From Spirochaetaceae bacterium (GTDB taxonomy: Bacteria > Spirochaetota > Spirochaetia > DSM-2461): 64,000 nucleotides of DNA. Under the pieces are notes generated by a model. The model saw only the letters and a list, made by a program, of their open reading frames with translations. It was not told the DNA's origin and ran no database searches. The position numbers and the translations under genes were made by a program. The stretch is taken from contig JAOPTT010000009.1 in assembly GCA_051531975.1 (NCBI GenBank), positions 32,001 through 96,000 of the forward strand, written 5' to 3'. Below, in pieces: positions 1 to 10,173 of the stretch. Each line of letters starts with the position of its first letter. Positions within the stretch are counted from its first letter, which is position 1.

Positions 1-8
1 AATTAATA

Positions 9-2351
9 ATGAGGTATCTTATGGGGATTGATTCAAGATTACGGATTGCATTTTTTACAGCTTTTATGGAGGGTGAAGATTGGAATTCACCTTTATGGAA
101 AAGTGTAGATGCAGAATGTAAAAAACTTGATATTGATCTTATAATATTTCCAGGACGAAATATAATAAATGCATATGATCAAGAGGCTGTTTTTGATGAA
201 ATGTTTGAATTTTTTAGCCCTGAAGAGTTTGATGGTTTAATATTTGCATCAACATCTCTAATGTATTCTTTTCCAAAAGAGAAGTTAATCTCAATAATAG
301 ATAGATATAAACATATTCCCACTGTTAGCCTTGGTATTGAGTATCCAGGAATATCATCTGTAGTTTTTGATAATTACAAAGGCATGTCAGAATTAGTTGA
401 GCATTTAGTACTGAGCCACAGTTGTAATAAATTTGGTATGTTAAATGGGCCTCTAAATCATGATGATAGTTTACGAAAAAAAAGAGGAGTTGAAAAAGCT
501 TTAAAAAAATATGAGTTAAAACTTAAAACTGAACATATTATACATATTGATATAGCAAGAGTTGAATTAAGAAATGCTTTAAATCCACTATTCCAATATA
601 AAGAACTGGAAATAGATGTTTTAATATGTGCAAACGATACAATGGCATCTGAAGCAATTGATATATTTAAAGAGCATGGATATACGATACCTGAGGATAT
701 AATAATTACAGGTTGTGACCATAGTATTTATTCATTAAACCAATTCCCATCTATTACCACTGTTGATCAATCAGTTTCTGAAATGGCTACTAAATCTGTT
801 GAAATTCTATATTCGTCAATAATAAACAAGACAACAAATATAAATCATGTAGTAGATACTCACTTAATTCTTAATGAATCATGTGGATGTAAAATGAGCA
901 CTACAAATCAAACTATGGATATTAAATTCTTAGAAAATGTACTTCTTTCTTCAATATCTAAAAGAGATGACTACTTCTATAATCAGGTAAAAAATACTTT
1001 ATATATGAACCTAATAGGTCAGAATTTAGAAAAGTATAAAAATAGTCTATTTACTAGTTTCGATATTCAGCTCGAAGAACAAATGGACAAAGATGAATTA
1101 AAATTTGCTAATAAATTGTATAGAGATATAATTCTTCTTTTTGAAAATTTTGAATCAAGAGAAGCTCAGAAGAATATCCAGTTATCAAATTTAAAAAAGA
1201 CTATTACTAGGGGACGTTATGAGAACCTTATAACTTCTGGAAACTTGAAAATTCTACTAGATAATATATATTCAGCATTTAATGATAATGAAATTGGTAC
1301 TTCTTATATTCTATTATACTCAAAGAATAGTTCAGAAAAGGAGCTCGAATTTGTATACGCAGTTAAAGAGGGCAATTTAATAGATACAAAAAGTCATAAA
1401 AGTAAATTCTCAAAAAATCAACTAATGACTACATCATTTTTTGATTTTAATAATAGGGTAACCTTAGTTGTATTACCTCTGTTTTCATCCACAAAATATT
1501 TTGGTTTTTTGGTTGTTGAAGCCAGTGAGCAAGATAGTAGTTTGTATGAGGATATACAGATGATTTTAAGTAGTGCTTTAACAAATGTTTTATCAACAAA
1601 AGAGCTTAAAGAGACACAAAGCCTACTAATTGAGTCAGAAAAGATGGCATTTCTTGGAAATCTTGTTGCAGGGCTTGCCCATGAGATTAATACACCTGTA
1701 GGTGTAACTGTAACTGCAGCTTCCTACTTAGATGATTTAATATTAGACATATATAATGACTATCACAGTAATAAGTTAACAAAAACTAAAATTGAAAATT
1801 TCTTAGAGTTTGCGAAAGATTCATCTGATCTAATAAAAAGTAATATTAAAAATACTGTTTCGCTTATCAATAAATTTAAAAAAATATCTTCAAATACTGA
1901 TTTTGAACTGAAGAAAGTCTTTGATCTATCTGAAGAAACTAACAATATATTTAGAAGACTTAATAAGAATTTGACAGATGTTATTACAAACATAGATGTT
2001 CCAGAAATACTTCTAATCGATAGTTATAAAGAGACTTTTTATGAAATATTCAAAGGACTTTTTATAAACTCTATAGATCATGGTTTTAAAGATGGAATTG
2101 GAGAAATTTCAGTAAAAATATCAAAAACATATAATTTAGTTAAAATTACGTATTCAGATAATGGAATAGCATGTGTTGAATCATTACTTGAAAAAATGTT
2201 TGATCCTTTTTTTACTACAAAAAGAATTCAAGGTTTTACAGGGCTTGGATTAACTATAATATACAATCTAATCAAAAATAGGTTAGGTGGCGAAATTGAT
2301 GTTGCAATAATAAATGGTCAGCTTACTTTTACTATTATTGTTCCAGTTTAA
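9..2351 (+). CDS. Cytoplasmic sensor histidine kinase with N-terminal LacI/GalR-type ligand-binding domain
   Basis: N-terminal motifs VVFDNYKG, LICANDTMA, IPEDIIITGCD, TTVDQ. C-terminal H-box LVAGLAHEINTP, N-box FINSIDHG, FDPFFTT, GTGLGL-like G box. No TM segment. Start may be ATG 21. Confidence 0.85.
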   Translation: MRYLMGIDSRLRIAFFTAFMEGEDWNSPLWKSVDAECKKLDIDLIIFPGRNIINAYDQEAVFDEMFEFFSPEEFDGLIFASTSLMYSFPKEKLISIIDRYKHIPTVSLGIEYPGISSVVFDNYKGMSELVEHLVLSHSCNKFGMLNGPLNHDDSLRKKRGVEKALKKYELKLKTEHIIHIDIARVELRNALNPLFQYKELEIDVLICANDTMASEAIDIFKEHGYTIPEDIIITGCDHSIYSLNQFPSITTVDQSVSEMATKSVEILYSSIINKTTNINHVVDTHLILNESCGCKMSTTNQTMDIKFLENVLLSSISKRDDYFYNQVKNTLYMNLIGQNLEKYKNSLFTSFDIQLEEQMDKDELKFANKLYRDIILLFENFESREAQKNIQLSNLKKTITRGRYENLITSGNLKILLDNIYSAFNDNEIGTSYILLYSKNSSEKELEFVYAVKEGNLIDTKSHKSKFSKNQLMTTSFFDFNNRVTLVVLPLFSSTKYFGFLVVEASEQDSSLYEDIQMILSSALTNVLSTKELKETQSLLIESEKMAFLGNLVAGLAHEINTPVGVTVTAASYLDDLILDIYNDYHSNKLTKTKIENFLEFAKDSSDLIKSNIKNTVSLINKFKKISSNTDFELKKVFDLSEETNNIFRRLNKNLTDVITNIDVPEILLIDSYKETFYEIFKGLFINSIDHGFKDGIGEISVKISKTYNLVKITYSDNGIACVESLLEKMFDPFFTTKRIQGFTGLGLTIIYNLIKNRLGGEIDVAIINGQLTFTIIVPV

Positions 2352-2414
2352 AGTAATTAATTTTATTATAGCAAAACCTGGCTTCTTTATTGTAAGGTAG
2401 GACAGGAGCAATCG

Positions 2415-3158
2415 ATGAAAAATGGTGTACTAATTATAAAAAATATAACTAGAGAAGAACCAGGGATCTTATCTGAACTTTTAATGCAAAAGGAAATACC
2501 CTATACCATTGTAGATCTTGATAAGAATGAGACATTTCCTGATATAGACGATTATGACGCCTTAGTAGTTCTTGGTGGACCAGATAGCGCAAACGATGAA
2601 AACTCAAAAATATCAGATGAATTAAATTATATAAAATCCGCAATTAATAAAAACATACCATATTTAGGAATATGTTTAGGACTACAGCTTCTAGTTAAAA
2701 GTTTGGGAGGGCAAGTCGTTAATACTACAAAAAGTGAAATTGGTTTTGTTAGCCCTAACAATGATAATTACGATATCACTTTAACTAAAGATGGAGAAAA
2801 AGATCACCTGTTTTCTGGGTTAGGTCATTGTTTTAATGTCTTTCAACTACATGGAGAGAGCGTTGAACTCACAGATAACATGACTCTGTTAGGATATGGT
2901 AAAGATTGTAAAAACCAGATAGTGAAAATTGATGGGTTAAATGCATATGGAATACAGTGTCACTTTGAATTAACAGAAGATCTATTTATTAAAATAGTTA
3001 AAGAGGATCCTGAATTATTGGAACTAGATTATAATCTCTTAGTAGGTAACTTTAAAAGTATATATCAAGATTATTTACAAACAGGGACTAAATTATTTAC
3101 TAATTTCTTAGATATCTCCGGTGTGTTAAATAGTAATAGGACAACTAATGGAAATTAA
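2415..3158 (+). CDS. Type 1 glutamine amidotransferase (GMP-synthase-like)
   Basis: LVVLGGP, LGICLGLQ nucleophile, QCHFE His-Glu; RBS AGGAG upstream. Confidence 0.9.
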   Translation: MKNGVLIIKNITREEPGILSELLMQKEIPYTIVDLDKNETFPDIDDYDALVVLGGPDSANDENSKISDELNYIKSAINKNIPYLGICLGLQLLVKSLGGQVVNTTKSEIGFVSPNNDNYDITLTKDGEKDHLFSGLGHCFNVFQLHGESVELTDNMTLLGYGKDCKNQIVKIDGLNAYGIQCHFELTEDLFIKIVKEDPELLELDYNLLVGNFKSIYQDYLQTGTKLFTNFLDISGVLNSNRTTNGN

Positions 3159-3492
3159 TAAAGGAGATATCTTTTTTGCCCCAGTTTATGATGAAAATGG
3201 AAATAAGAGGGATATTGATCATCCTCAAGTTGTAATTCAAGAGACTGTTATCAATCAAAGTCGGATAGATACAGTAGTTGCGTGTGGATTATCAACAAAT
3301 ATGAAACGAGCATACATACAAGGAAATATATTATTAGACTTAAATGAGGGCAATTTACCTAAGAGAAGTATAATAATTGTTTCTCAAATATCTGTTGTCA
3401 AAAAAAGTGATATCAAAGAATATATTGGCAGTTTATCGGATAATAGGGTTCAGCAGATCTTTGCTGGAATGAATCTTATACAAAATGTTTAG
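3148..3492 (+). CDS. PemK/MazF-family toxin-like protein
   Basis: KGDIF, HPQVVIQ, TVVACGLST, S..IVSQI..V, IGSL pattern typical of the PemK fold. Confidence 0.75.
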   Translation: MEINKGDIFFAPVYDENGNKRDIDHPQVVIQETVINQSRIDTVVACGLSTNMKRAYIQGNILLDLNEGNLPKRSIIIVSQISVVKKSDIKEYIGSLSDNRVQQIFAGMNLIQNV

Positions 3493-3501
3493 GAAGGTAA
3501 A

Positions 3502-4428
3502 ATGAATAAATACTTAGATATAAATAGAGTTGAATTCCTAATTACTGGTAACTGTACATCAAACTGTAAACACTGCTCCAACAGTAATGTAGGTGGTAAA
3601 AGCCAATACCTTACATTAGAAAAAGGCAAAAAAATCTTAGACTCTGTAAAGAAAGAATACCAGTTAAATTCAGTGATGGTATTTGGTGGAGAACCACTGC
3701 TTTATCCAGAAACCACTATCCAACTATTAAAGTATGCAAAAAAGCTGAACATACCAAATAGGCAAATAATAACGAATGCTTTCTGGACAAAAGACAGATC
3801 AAAAATTGATAAAATATGTCAAATGTTAAAAGACGCAGATGTTAATGATATATTAATCTCTATAGATAGTTTCCATGATGAGCATTTAGATTATGATCTT
3901 GTTGAATATGCTGTGTCTAAGTTGAGTAAGTTGAATTTTCCTAATATTAAGTTGCACCCATGTTGGTATATTTCAAAAGATGATAATAATAAATATGATA
4001 CACATACAAATAATTTATTAGAAAATCTAGCAAAGTATGGAATCCCAAGAAGTGATGGGAATACTCTCTTTGCTGCTGGTAATGCGGTTAAAAACTTTCC
4101 TAATAGGTTTAAACCATTAGACAACATTAAACATATAGACTGTGGGAAACTACCTTATACCGAGAGCCCAAAACTATTAGAATCTATTGGTATCGATCCT
4201 GATGGTAAAGTCAGTAGTTTATGTTTTGGGCAGAGTATTGAAATTGAAGATTTCCTAGAAAATTATGATCCATATTCAGATGAAGTTATGAGTCTCTTTC
4301 TAGAACAAGGAGTCACCGGTTTAACAAAACTAGCTGATCAAAAAGGTATAACCTTTAGTATTTCTGATTACTACTCTATATGTGATGCTTGCACAGAATT
4401 AAGAAACAAACTAAGTGATATCTCATGA
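3502..4428 (+). CDS. Radical SAM protein
   Basis: CTSNCKHC (CxxxCxxC), FGGEP, ITNAFW, ISIDSFH, C-terminal CDAC. Confidence 0.9.
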   Translation: MNKYLDINRVEFLITGNCTSNCKHCSNSNVGGKSQYLTLEKGKKILDSVKKEYQLNSVMVFGGEPLLYPETTIQLLKYAKKLNIPNRQIITNAFWTKDRSKIDKICQMLKDADVNDILISIDSFHDEHLDYDLVEYAVSKLSKLNFPNIKLHPCWYISKDDNNKYDTHTNNLLENLAKYGIPRSDGNTLFAAGNAVKNFPNRFKPLDNIKHIDCGKLPYTESPKLLESIGIDPDGKVSSLCFGQSIEIEDFLENYDPYSDEVMSLFLEQGVTGLTKLADQKGITFSISDYYSICDACTELRNKLSDIS

Positions 4429-4539
4429 CTTAGATTATAGAAGATCGTATATAAATAAATCCAGGAACTAATACCTTCGCAGAAATAGAAAATATTTGAG
4501 TTTATAGGTTTAGTTCCTAAATTTAAATGTTCATTGTAT

Positions 4540-5346
4540 CTAACTTACTGCTCTGTATTTAGTTTTTTCATATTGTTCTAATAAAGATTCAATAACAGGT
4601 ATATTTTTAAAATAACTTTTTAACAAATTGTAGCTTACTAAAGAGTCCTGTTTTTTCTTTTCACTTAAAGGTGTAGACATCGCCCTTAACATAATATTCT
4701 TCCCACTATTTTTAACTGAAGTAAAAGCAAAGATATCAGTTTTAAATCCATACTTTATTAAAAATTCTGTTCTCAAAGAGTCTGCTAAAATTGCTGTAAG
4801 CTGTTCTTTATAGACACTGTGCCTAGTTGCTGAACTTAAAGTTTTTGGCTTAAGCCTGTTTTGGGCAGTAAATTGACAACAAGATACAGATAAAATATAT
4901 CTAGCATTAGTTTTTATACCTAAAGCAATAGTATAGTCTGTTGCCATATCACATGCATGCAAAGAAAAAACTACACTCACACTGTTTTTGAAATCAACTT
5001 TATTAACATCCGAAGTTATAAAACTCATATTATCTAATCCAAGTTTCATTGCTGTTTCTTTGGCTTCGGACATAAGTCTCTCATTTTGTTCAATACATGT
5101 GAATTTAATAATTCCTGGGAACTCATCTTGGTAGAACCATGCAAGATAGAATGAGACAAAGCAGTTCCCTGCACAGCTCTCAACTAAATGTATGGTACTC
5201 TTTTTTGTTATTTTTTTAAGAATTGAATCCATCTGTTTTTTATAATCCTGAAGCTGTTTCAACTTTAAAGATCTTCCTGCATATAATTTATTACCGGAGT
5301 GGCCTAGTTTTATTGCTTTATAAAGACTTTCAATATTTTTAATCAT
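4540..5346 (-). CDS. SAM-dependent methyltransferase (Methyltransf_32-like)
   Basis: ESCAGNCFVSF, SLHACDMATD, SVSCCQ motifs. Confidence 0.8.
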   Translation of the reverse strand: MIKNIESLYKAIKLGHSGNKLYAGRSLKLKQLQDYKKQMDSILKKITKKSTIHLVESCAGNCFVSFYLAWFYQDEFPGIIKFTCIEQNERLMSEAKETAMKLGLDNMSFITSDVNKVDFKNSVSVVFSLHACDMATDYTIALGIKTNARYILSVSCCQFTAQNRLKPKTLSSATRHSVYKEQLTAILADSLRTEFLIKYGFKTDIFAFTSVKNSGKNIMLRAMSTPLSEKKKQDSLVSYNLLKSYFKNIPVIESLLEQYEKTKYRAVS

Positions 5347-5787
5347 AATAATCCTACTAATTAATTCTGAAATACAGAATGTATTTGGGAGAGTTAGGAA
5401 AGTCTTTGTTTAATGATTTTTATTTAAATGGCAGTGTTTCTTAACGATATAATCATAAACAAAAACTCATAAAATTCAATTAATTAGCAACATTATGTTT
5501 TAATTAAAAGAGAATCTAGGTCAATTTAAATTGTCCTAACATTTTGAGTTAATTTAGTTTTGATTATTATCGTTTCCAAATTATAGAAAAGCTTTAAAAC
5601 TCAGCTAATAGATGGACAGGCCACTCCTTGTAGAATATATAAAATGAATACTATATGTCCTTTATATTAGGCATATAATAAACTATCTATAGATAAAAAT
5701 AAATATGCCAGGAGAGAAAACATATTTATTCAATTTTATTTTGTAGAAAAAACTCTACAATTGTTGATATAATTATTAATGAAAGTA

Positions 5788-6267
5788 TTAAATCCCACTA
5801 CCTTCTTGGAATACACAATCAATACATTCATCTTCAGAAATTAAACCTATTTTCATTAATAATCCAAAAATTTTACATCCAGCACAGAATTTAAAAATAG
5901 CTTCAAGAAAGGAAAAAAGTGATAATATTCCCAAAGTTATTATTCCTAGCGTTGCATAACCAAAACTTATGAAAACCAAAGAAACTAGTGACATAAAAAG
6001 TCCAATTCCTGCAGCAAATCTTTTAGGTTTAAATATAACAATTCTATTTCGGAATTTTAATAATTTTCCGACTACTTTTCTAGACGTCAGTGCTAATAAG
6101 CTATACTTTGGAGATAAAAAAGCACGTATAAAAAAATCTACGATTAGAAATATCACTGGTATAACTGATAACGTATATATTGATAATACAGAGAGTATAA
6201 ATACCTGTATCGCAACCCCTCTTACATCTTGTTCTTTTACTCTAAATGGTCTATTTATTTTCATCAT
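5788..6267 (-). CDS. DUF4395-like membrane protein
   Basis: PKRFAAGIG and LEAIFKFCAGC motifs; hydrophobic helices. Confidence 0.8.
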   Translation of the reverse strand: MMKINRPFRVKEQDVRGVAIQVFILSVLSIYTLSVIPVIFLIVDFFIRAFLSPKYSLLALTSRKVVGKLLKFRNRIVIFKPKRFAAGIGLFMSLVSLVFISFGYATLGIITLGILSLFSFLEAIFKFCAGCKIFGLLMKIGLISEDECIDCVFQEGSGI

Positions 6268-6363
6268 ACTTAATAATAGTAACAGTTACCAATAAAAGGC
6301 AATAGTAAATACCAGCAATTCCCCATAATTCCCACCTGATTAGGGTGTTTTTGAGTAAAAAAG

Positions 6364-7134
6364 CTATTTTGAGGGTTCTAGGACAGGTATATTAAGGATT
6401 CCAAGTTCATTGTAATAGCGTATTAGGATATCTTGGATCTCACCACTATTAATCATTTCATTGTATGAGTTTTGTATAATATTAAAGGTTTTAATCGAAA
6501 TATTTTTATTAAATGCCATGTATGAAAGTTCCCCTTCCCTAAAAAGCATAACTTCTTCTACATCTAACTTAGAGTATCCAAAACTTTTTAATGCGGGTAT
6601 TAAAGTTATTGAATCTGCAATTATTAGATCTATTCTATTTGAATAGAGCATTTTAATCTCCTGCTCCATTGAATTTACAGCCACAATATTATGGTCTGAC
6701 ATACCTAATTCAATTAAGTACGAATGGTTTTTTACACCTCGAATTACTCCAACAGAATATTCTCTTATATCTTCAATAGTATTAATTTTTATTTCATTTT
6801 TCTTCAATTTAAAAAGATACATATTGGATGGAGGAATTATTGGACCAATCCATCTAAAGAGGTTTTCTCTATCCTCTGTTTTATATGTTGTATACAGCAT
6901 TGTATCGTTATTAGTTAAAACTGAATTATATGCCCTGGTCCATGGGAAAGTCTTAATATAATACTTTACTTTAGAATGTCTCAATATAAGATTTACAATA
7001 TCAGTTGCCATTCCAGTCTTAATACCATCTTTTTTATACATAAATGGATAGTAGTTATCTAGTGTTATAACATTTAGGTTTTGTGAGTAGATATTAACAG
7101 TTAAAATAAAAAACAGAATTAATATTTTTTTCAT
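6364..7134 (-). CDS. Family 3 extracellular solute-binding protein
   Basis: Signal peptide; YYPF, FPWTRA, TEDRE..FRWIGP, RIDL motifs. Confidence 0.85.
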   Translation of the reverse strand: MKKILILFFILTVNIYSQNLNVITLDNYYPFMYKKDGIKTGMATDIVNLILRHSKVKYYIKTFPWTRAYNSVLTNNDTMLYTTYKTEDRENLFRWIGPIIPPSNMYLFKLKKNEIKINTIEDIREYSVGVIRGVKNHSYLIELGMSDHNIVAVNSMEQEIKMLYSNRIDLIIADSITLIPALKSFGYSKLDVEEVMLFREGELSYMAFNKNISIKTFNIIQNSYNEMINSGEIQDILIRYYNELGILNIPVLEPSK

Positions 7135-7321
7135 AATTTCACCAAGCTTACTATTAATATTAATGTAATTTTACTCAGCTTGCTATAATTATTAAATATA
7201 TTTTATCTGACTTTCTCAATATATACTGAAGATCTTCATACAGAAAGTTTAGTTTGGTTTTAGATAGTAAATGTTCCTAATAAGTCTGGCGATATATGAA
7301 TACATAGGTTATAATAAATTT

Positions 7322-7597
7322 ATGGAAAATGAAAAAATAGTAGAAACAAATGTTATTGGTATATGCACAGGAAAAACTTGTAGCTCAAAGAACTCTGAAG
7401 ATATAGTACAAATGGTTACAACAATTTTGAATGTAGGTGTAGGAGAAACAACTCCCGACGGTAAATTTCGAGTCGAAGCTGTTGCATGTATGGGTAAATG
7501 TGAAAGTGCTCCTAAGGTTGTAGTTAACGGAGAAGTTTTAATACAGCAAACAGTAGAAGACTTAGAGGTAATATTAGCTGATCTATTAGTTGAATAG
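7322..7597 (+). CDS. Thioredoxin-like [2Fe-2S] ferredoxin (NuoE/HydC-like)
   Basis: CTGKTC ... GETTPDGKF ... CMGKCESAP. Start moved to ATG 7322, 6 nt after a TATAAT box. Confidence 0.85.
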   Translation: MENEKIVETNVIGICTGKTCSSKNSEDIVQMVTTILNVGVGETTPDGKFRVEAVACMGKCESAPKVVVNGEVLIQQTVEDLEVILADLLVE

Positions 7598-7601
7598 TTC
7601 T

Positions 7602-8933
7602 CTAATGATTCTTAAGAGTTTTTATCGCCCAAAACAGTGTCATTAAAGCTGCTGACCAATTTATAAATATTAACCCAGTCCACACACCTTTTTCTGCCAT
7701 AGAAAAGTTGAAACAAAGTATATAAAAAATTATCGCCGGAGCTATTATCTGCCTATATAGTCCCATCCACATAATAAGTTTTGGCTTTTTTAATCCTTGT
7801 AATAGTGCGTTGCTCTGAAATAAGATTATGTAACTATAAAATGTAAAACCTTGTAGGAGCAGATAATCATAACCCATTCTAATAACATCTTCTGTATCAG
7901 TAAAAAGGCTTATTATTTGCTTTCCAAATATTAGTACTGGTGGAAGAATTATTAACATGACTACAAATCCCCCAAGTAAGGAGAGTTTGTAAGACTTAAT
8001 TACTCTATCTATTTTATTTGCTCCATTATTTTGCCCTACCATCGCTCCTAGTGCAACATTTAATCCGGCAGCAGGAACTAAAGCTATCTGCTCAACCCTA
8101 ATTGCAGCTCCATATGCAGCAACAGCATTACTTCCAAATGCTGCTATAAACCAAGTAATAACAAATGTTCCTATACTCATTGTTAAAAAGTTCGCAGTAG
8201 CTGGAACTGCCTGTTCTATAATTTCTTTAATATAGATCTTATCTAATTTATAGTCGCTTTTATTTAAATCTTTTAATCCCTCAGCTTTTAATACCTTATA
8301 TAACAAATATATTAAGCTTAGAAATTGAATTAGTACTGTTGCTAATGCAACTCCAGATTCATTCATTTTTAATGTATACATAAAGAGGGGATCTAAACCT
8401 ATATTTAATAGACAACCAATAATAAGAATATTTCTATAACTAACAGTATCGCCTCTAGATGCTAAAGCAGAAGAGAATACAGGAGCTAGATTTATTATAG
8501 GCATTCCGATAATTATAACTCTTCCATAATCCATGGCACCTCTAAGAACATCCCCCTCAGCTTTTAATAATCTAAAGACTGGTTCTAAAAGTAACAGTAG
8601 AATTATTGTGCTTATTAAAGAGAAAATAGTAGAAATGACAATCGATTGACTTAGATATTTTCTAGATTCATATATCTTTTTAGCACCAATCGAATTAGCA
8701 ATTAATGCTCCAGATGCTGCTGAAAAACCAATACCAAGAGACATAACTAATAAGTACAAAGGGAAGTTTAGTGCTAAAGCAGCTAGAGAATCGGTGGAAA
8801 GTTGACCTGCCCAGAAACTGTCTACAATATTGTAAAGTGTATTAAATAAAAGACCTACACTTATTGGTATTGCAAGTCTTTTCATATGTGGCAAAAGTGG
8901 CCCTTGTGTCATGTCTAATGAATTTTGTACCAT
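7602..8933 (-). CDS. MATE family efflux transporter
   Basis: LYNIVDSFWAGQL, LNIGLDPLF, GVALAT, about 12 TM helices; AAGGAG RBS before ATG 8933. Confidence 0.92.
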   Translation of the reverse strand: MVQNSLDMTQGPLLPHMKRLAIPISVGLLFNTLYNIVDSFWAGQLSTDSLAALALNFPLYLLVMSLGIGFSAASGALIANSIGAKKIYESRKYLSQSIVISTIFSLISTIILLLLLEPVFRLLKAEGDVLRGAMDYGRVIIIGMPIINLAPVFSSALASRGDTVSYRNILIIGCLLNIGLDPLFMYTLKMNESGVALATVLIQFLSLIYLLYKVLKAEGLKDLNKSDYKLDKIYIKEIIEQAVPATANFLTMSIGTFVITWFIAAFGSNAVAAYGAAIRVEQIALVPAAGLNVALGAMVGQNNGANKIDRVIKSYKLSLLGGFVVMLIILPPVLIFGKQIISLFTDTEDVIRMGYDYLLLQGFTFYSYIILFQSNALLQGLKKPKLIMWMGLYRQIIAPAIIFYILCFNFSMAEKGVWTGLIFINWSAALMTLFWAIKTLKNH

Positions 8934-9132
8934 TTGATGCTCCTTTTTCAATGTTAGCTTATATATAGAAGAAGCAAAACACATTAATAACTAAAGGTGT
9001 TAATAATAGATCAACGACGACATAGCAATTTAAATAGCACTAAATATTAGTTTAAAAAAAATAAGTACTATCCTATACTTAATCTAATGAAATATTTTCA
9101 TTTAATCTAAAAATGAATATTAAGGAGAAAAT

Positions 9133-9621
9133 ATGAAAGTAGCATTTATGGTTATAGACATGCAAAAAGAGTATTTTAAGGGCAGTTCAAAAGAATCTAT
9201 GGAATCTGCAGCCGAGTATATTAATGAGGTTTTGGAGTATTTTAGAGAGAAAAAGCTACCTATAGTGTGGGTTCAGGATATTGCTAAAGAGTCTGGAGTT
9301 GTTCCTGGTACTAAAGGTTTTGAGGTCATAGATATCCTAAATAAAAGTGATGATGAATTATCAATATATAAAGAATATGGCAATACTTTTAATAAAACAG
9401 AGTGTGGAGGTATCCTAAAAAAAGAGGGTGTTGATGTGATTGTTTTAGCTGGTTATTGTGCTGAAAATTGTGTTTTATCTACATACCGAGGAGCATTGGA
9501 TCTAGATTTTACTCCTATCCTCTTAAAAGATGGCATAGCCAGTGGAGACGCTAAAAACTTGGAATTTGTCGAAAAAATAAGTGATACAGTGCCATATAAC
9601 ATCGTCAAAAAATTGCTTTAG
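9133..9621 (+). CDS. Isochorismatase-family cysteine hydrolase
   Basis: VIDMQ, K..GNTF, AENCVLST catalytic triad motifs. Confidence 0.9.
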   Translation: MKVAFMVIDMQKEYFKGSSKESMESAAEYINEVLEYFREKKLPIVWVQDIAKESGVVPGTKGFEVIDILNKSDDELSIYKEYGNTFNKTECGGILKKEGVDVIVLAGYCAENCVLSTYRGALDLDFTPILLKDGIASGDAKNLEFVEKISDTVPYNIVKKLL

Positions 9622-9629
9622 GAGAAGTT

Positions 9630-10082
9630 ATGCTGACCTTTGAACCTGCAGAGTTTATGGATGCAGAAGAGTTAACTAGAATACAGATTTGTTCATTTGC
9701 AAAAGATGTTGAGGCTTGTGGAGATGGCCCTCCTGGTTATGATTCTGTAGAAAGTCAAAATGAGAAGATTCTCAAATATAATTTCTATAAAATATTAGAG
9801 GATAAAGTTATCGTAGGTGGGTTTTATTATACCTTATTGGATCCTGATACTTTAGAGCTTATAAGACTGTTTATTGAACCTAAACATCAGGGGAAAGGGT
9901 TAGGTTGCAAGGCGTTAGAGTTCTTAGAAACACTAAGTGAAATAAAAGTTATAACTCTAGAAGCTTCAGATTTTAATATTCAAAACCAGAAGTATTATGA
10001 AAATAGAGGTTATAATAATGTAGGGAAAAAATATTATACCGAGAATGACTATTCTGTTGTATATAAAAAAGTTATAAAATGA
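9630..10082 (+). CDS. GNAT acetyltransferase
   Basis: HQGKGLG acetyl-CoA motif, YYENRGY. Confidence 0.85.
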   Translation: MLTFEPAEFMDAEELTRIQICSFAKDVEACGDGPPGYDSVESQNEKILKYNFYKILEDKVIVGGFYYTLLDPDTLELIRLFIEPKHQGKGLGCKALEFLETLSEIKVITLEASDFNIQNQKYYENRGYNNVGKKYYTENDYSVVYKKVIK

Positions 10083-10173
10083 TTTCATAATCTTAAATTC
10101 TAAGCATATTTACCTTGTAAAAATTAAATTAAATAAAGTTTATTTATATATAATAATAGTGTAATCTACAACC

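Noticed and set aside
3502..4428. Radical SAM gene as part of the RiPP-like system
   Set aside because: It is 9 kb away in a different operon, has no full SPASM motif and no adjacent precursor.
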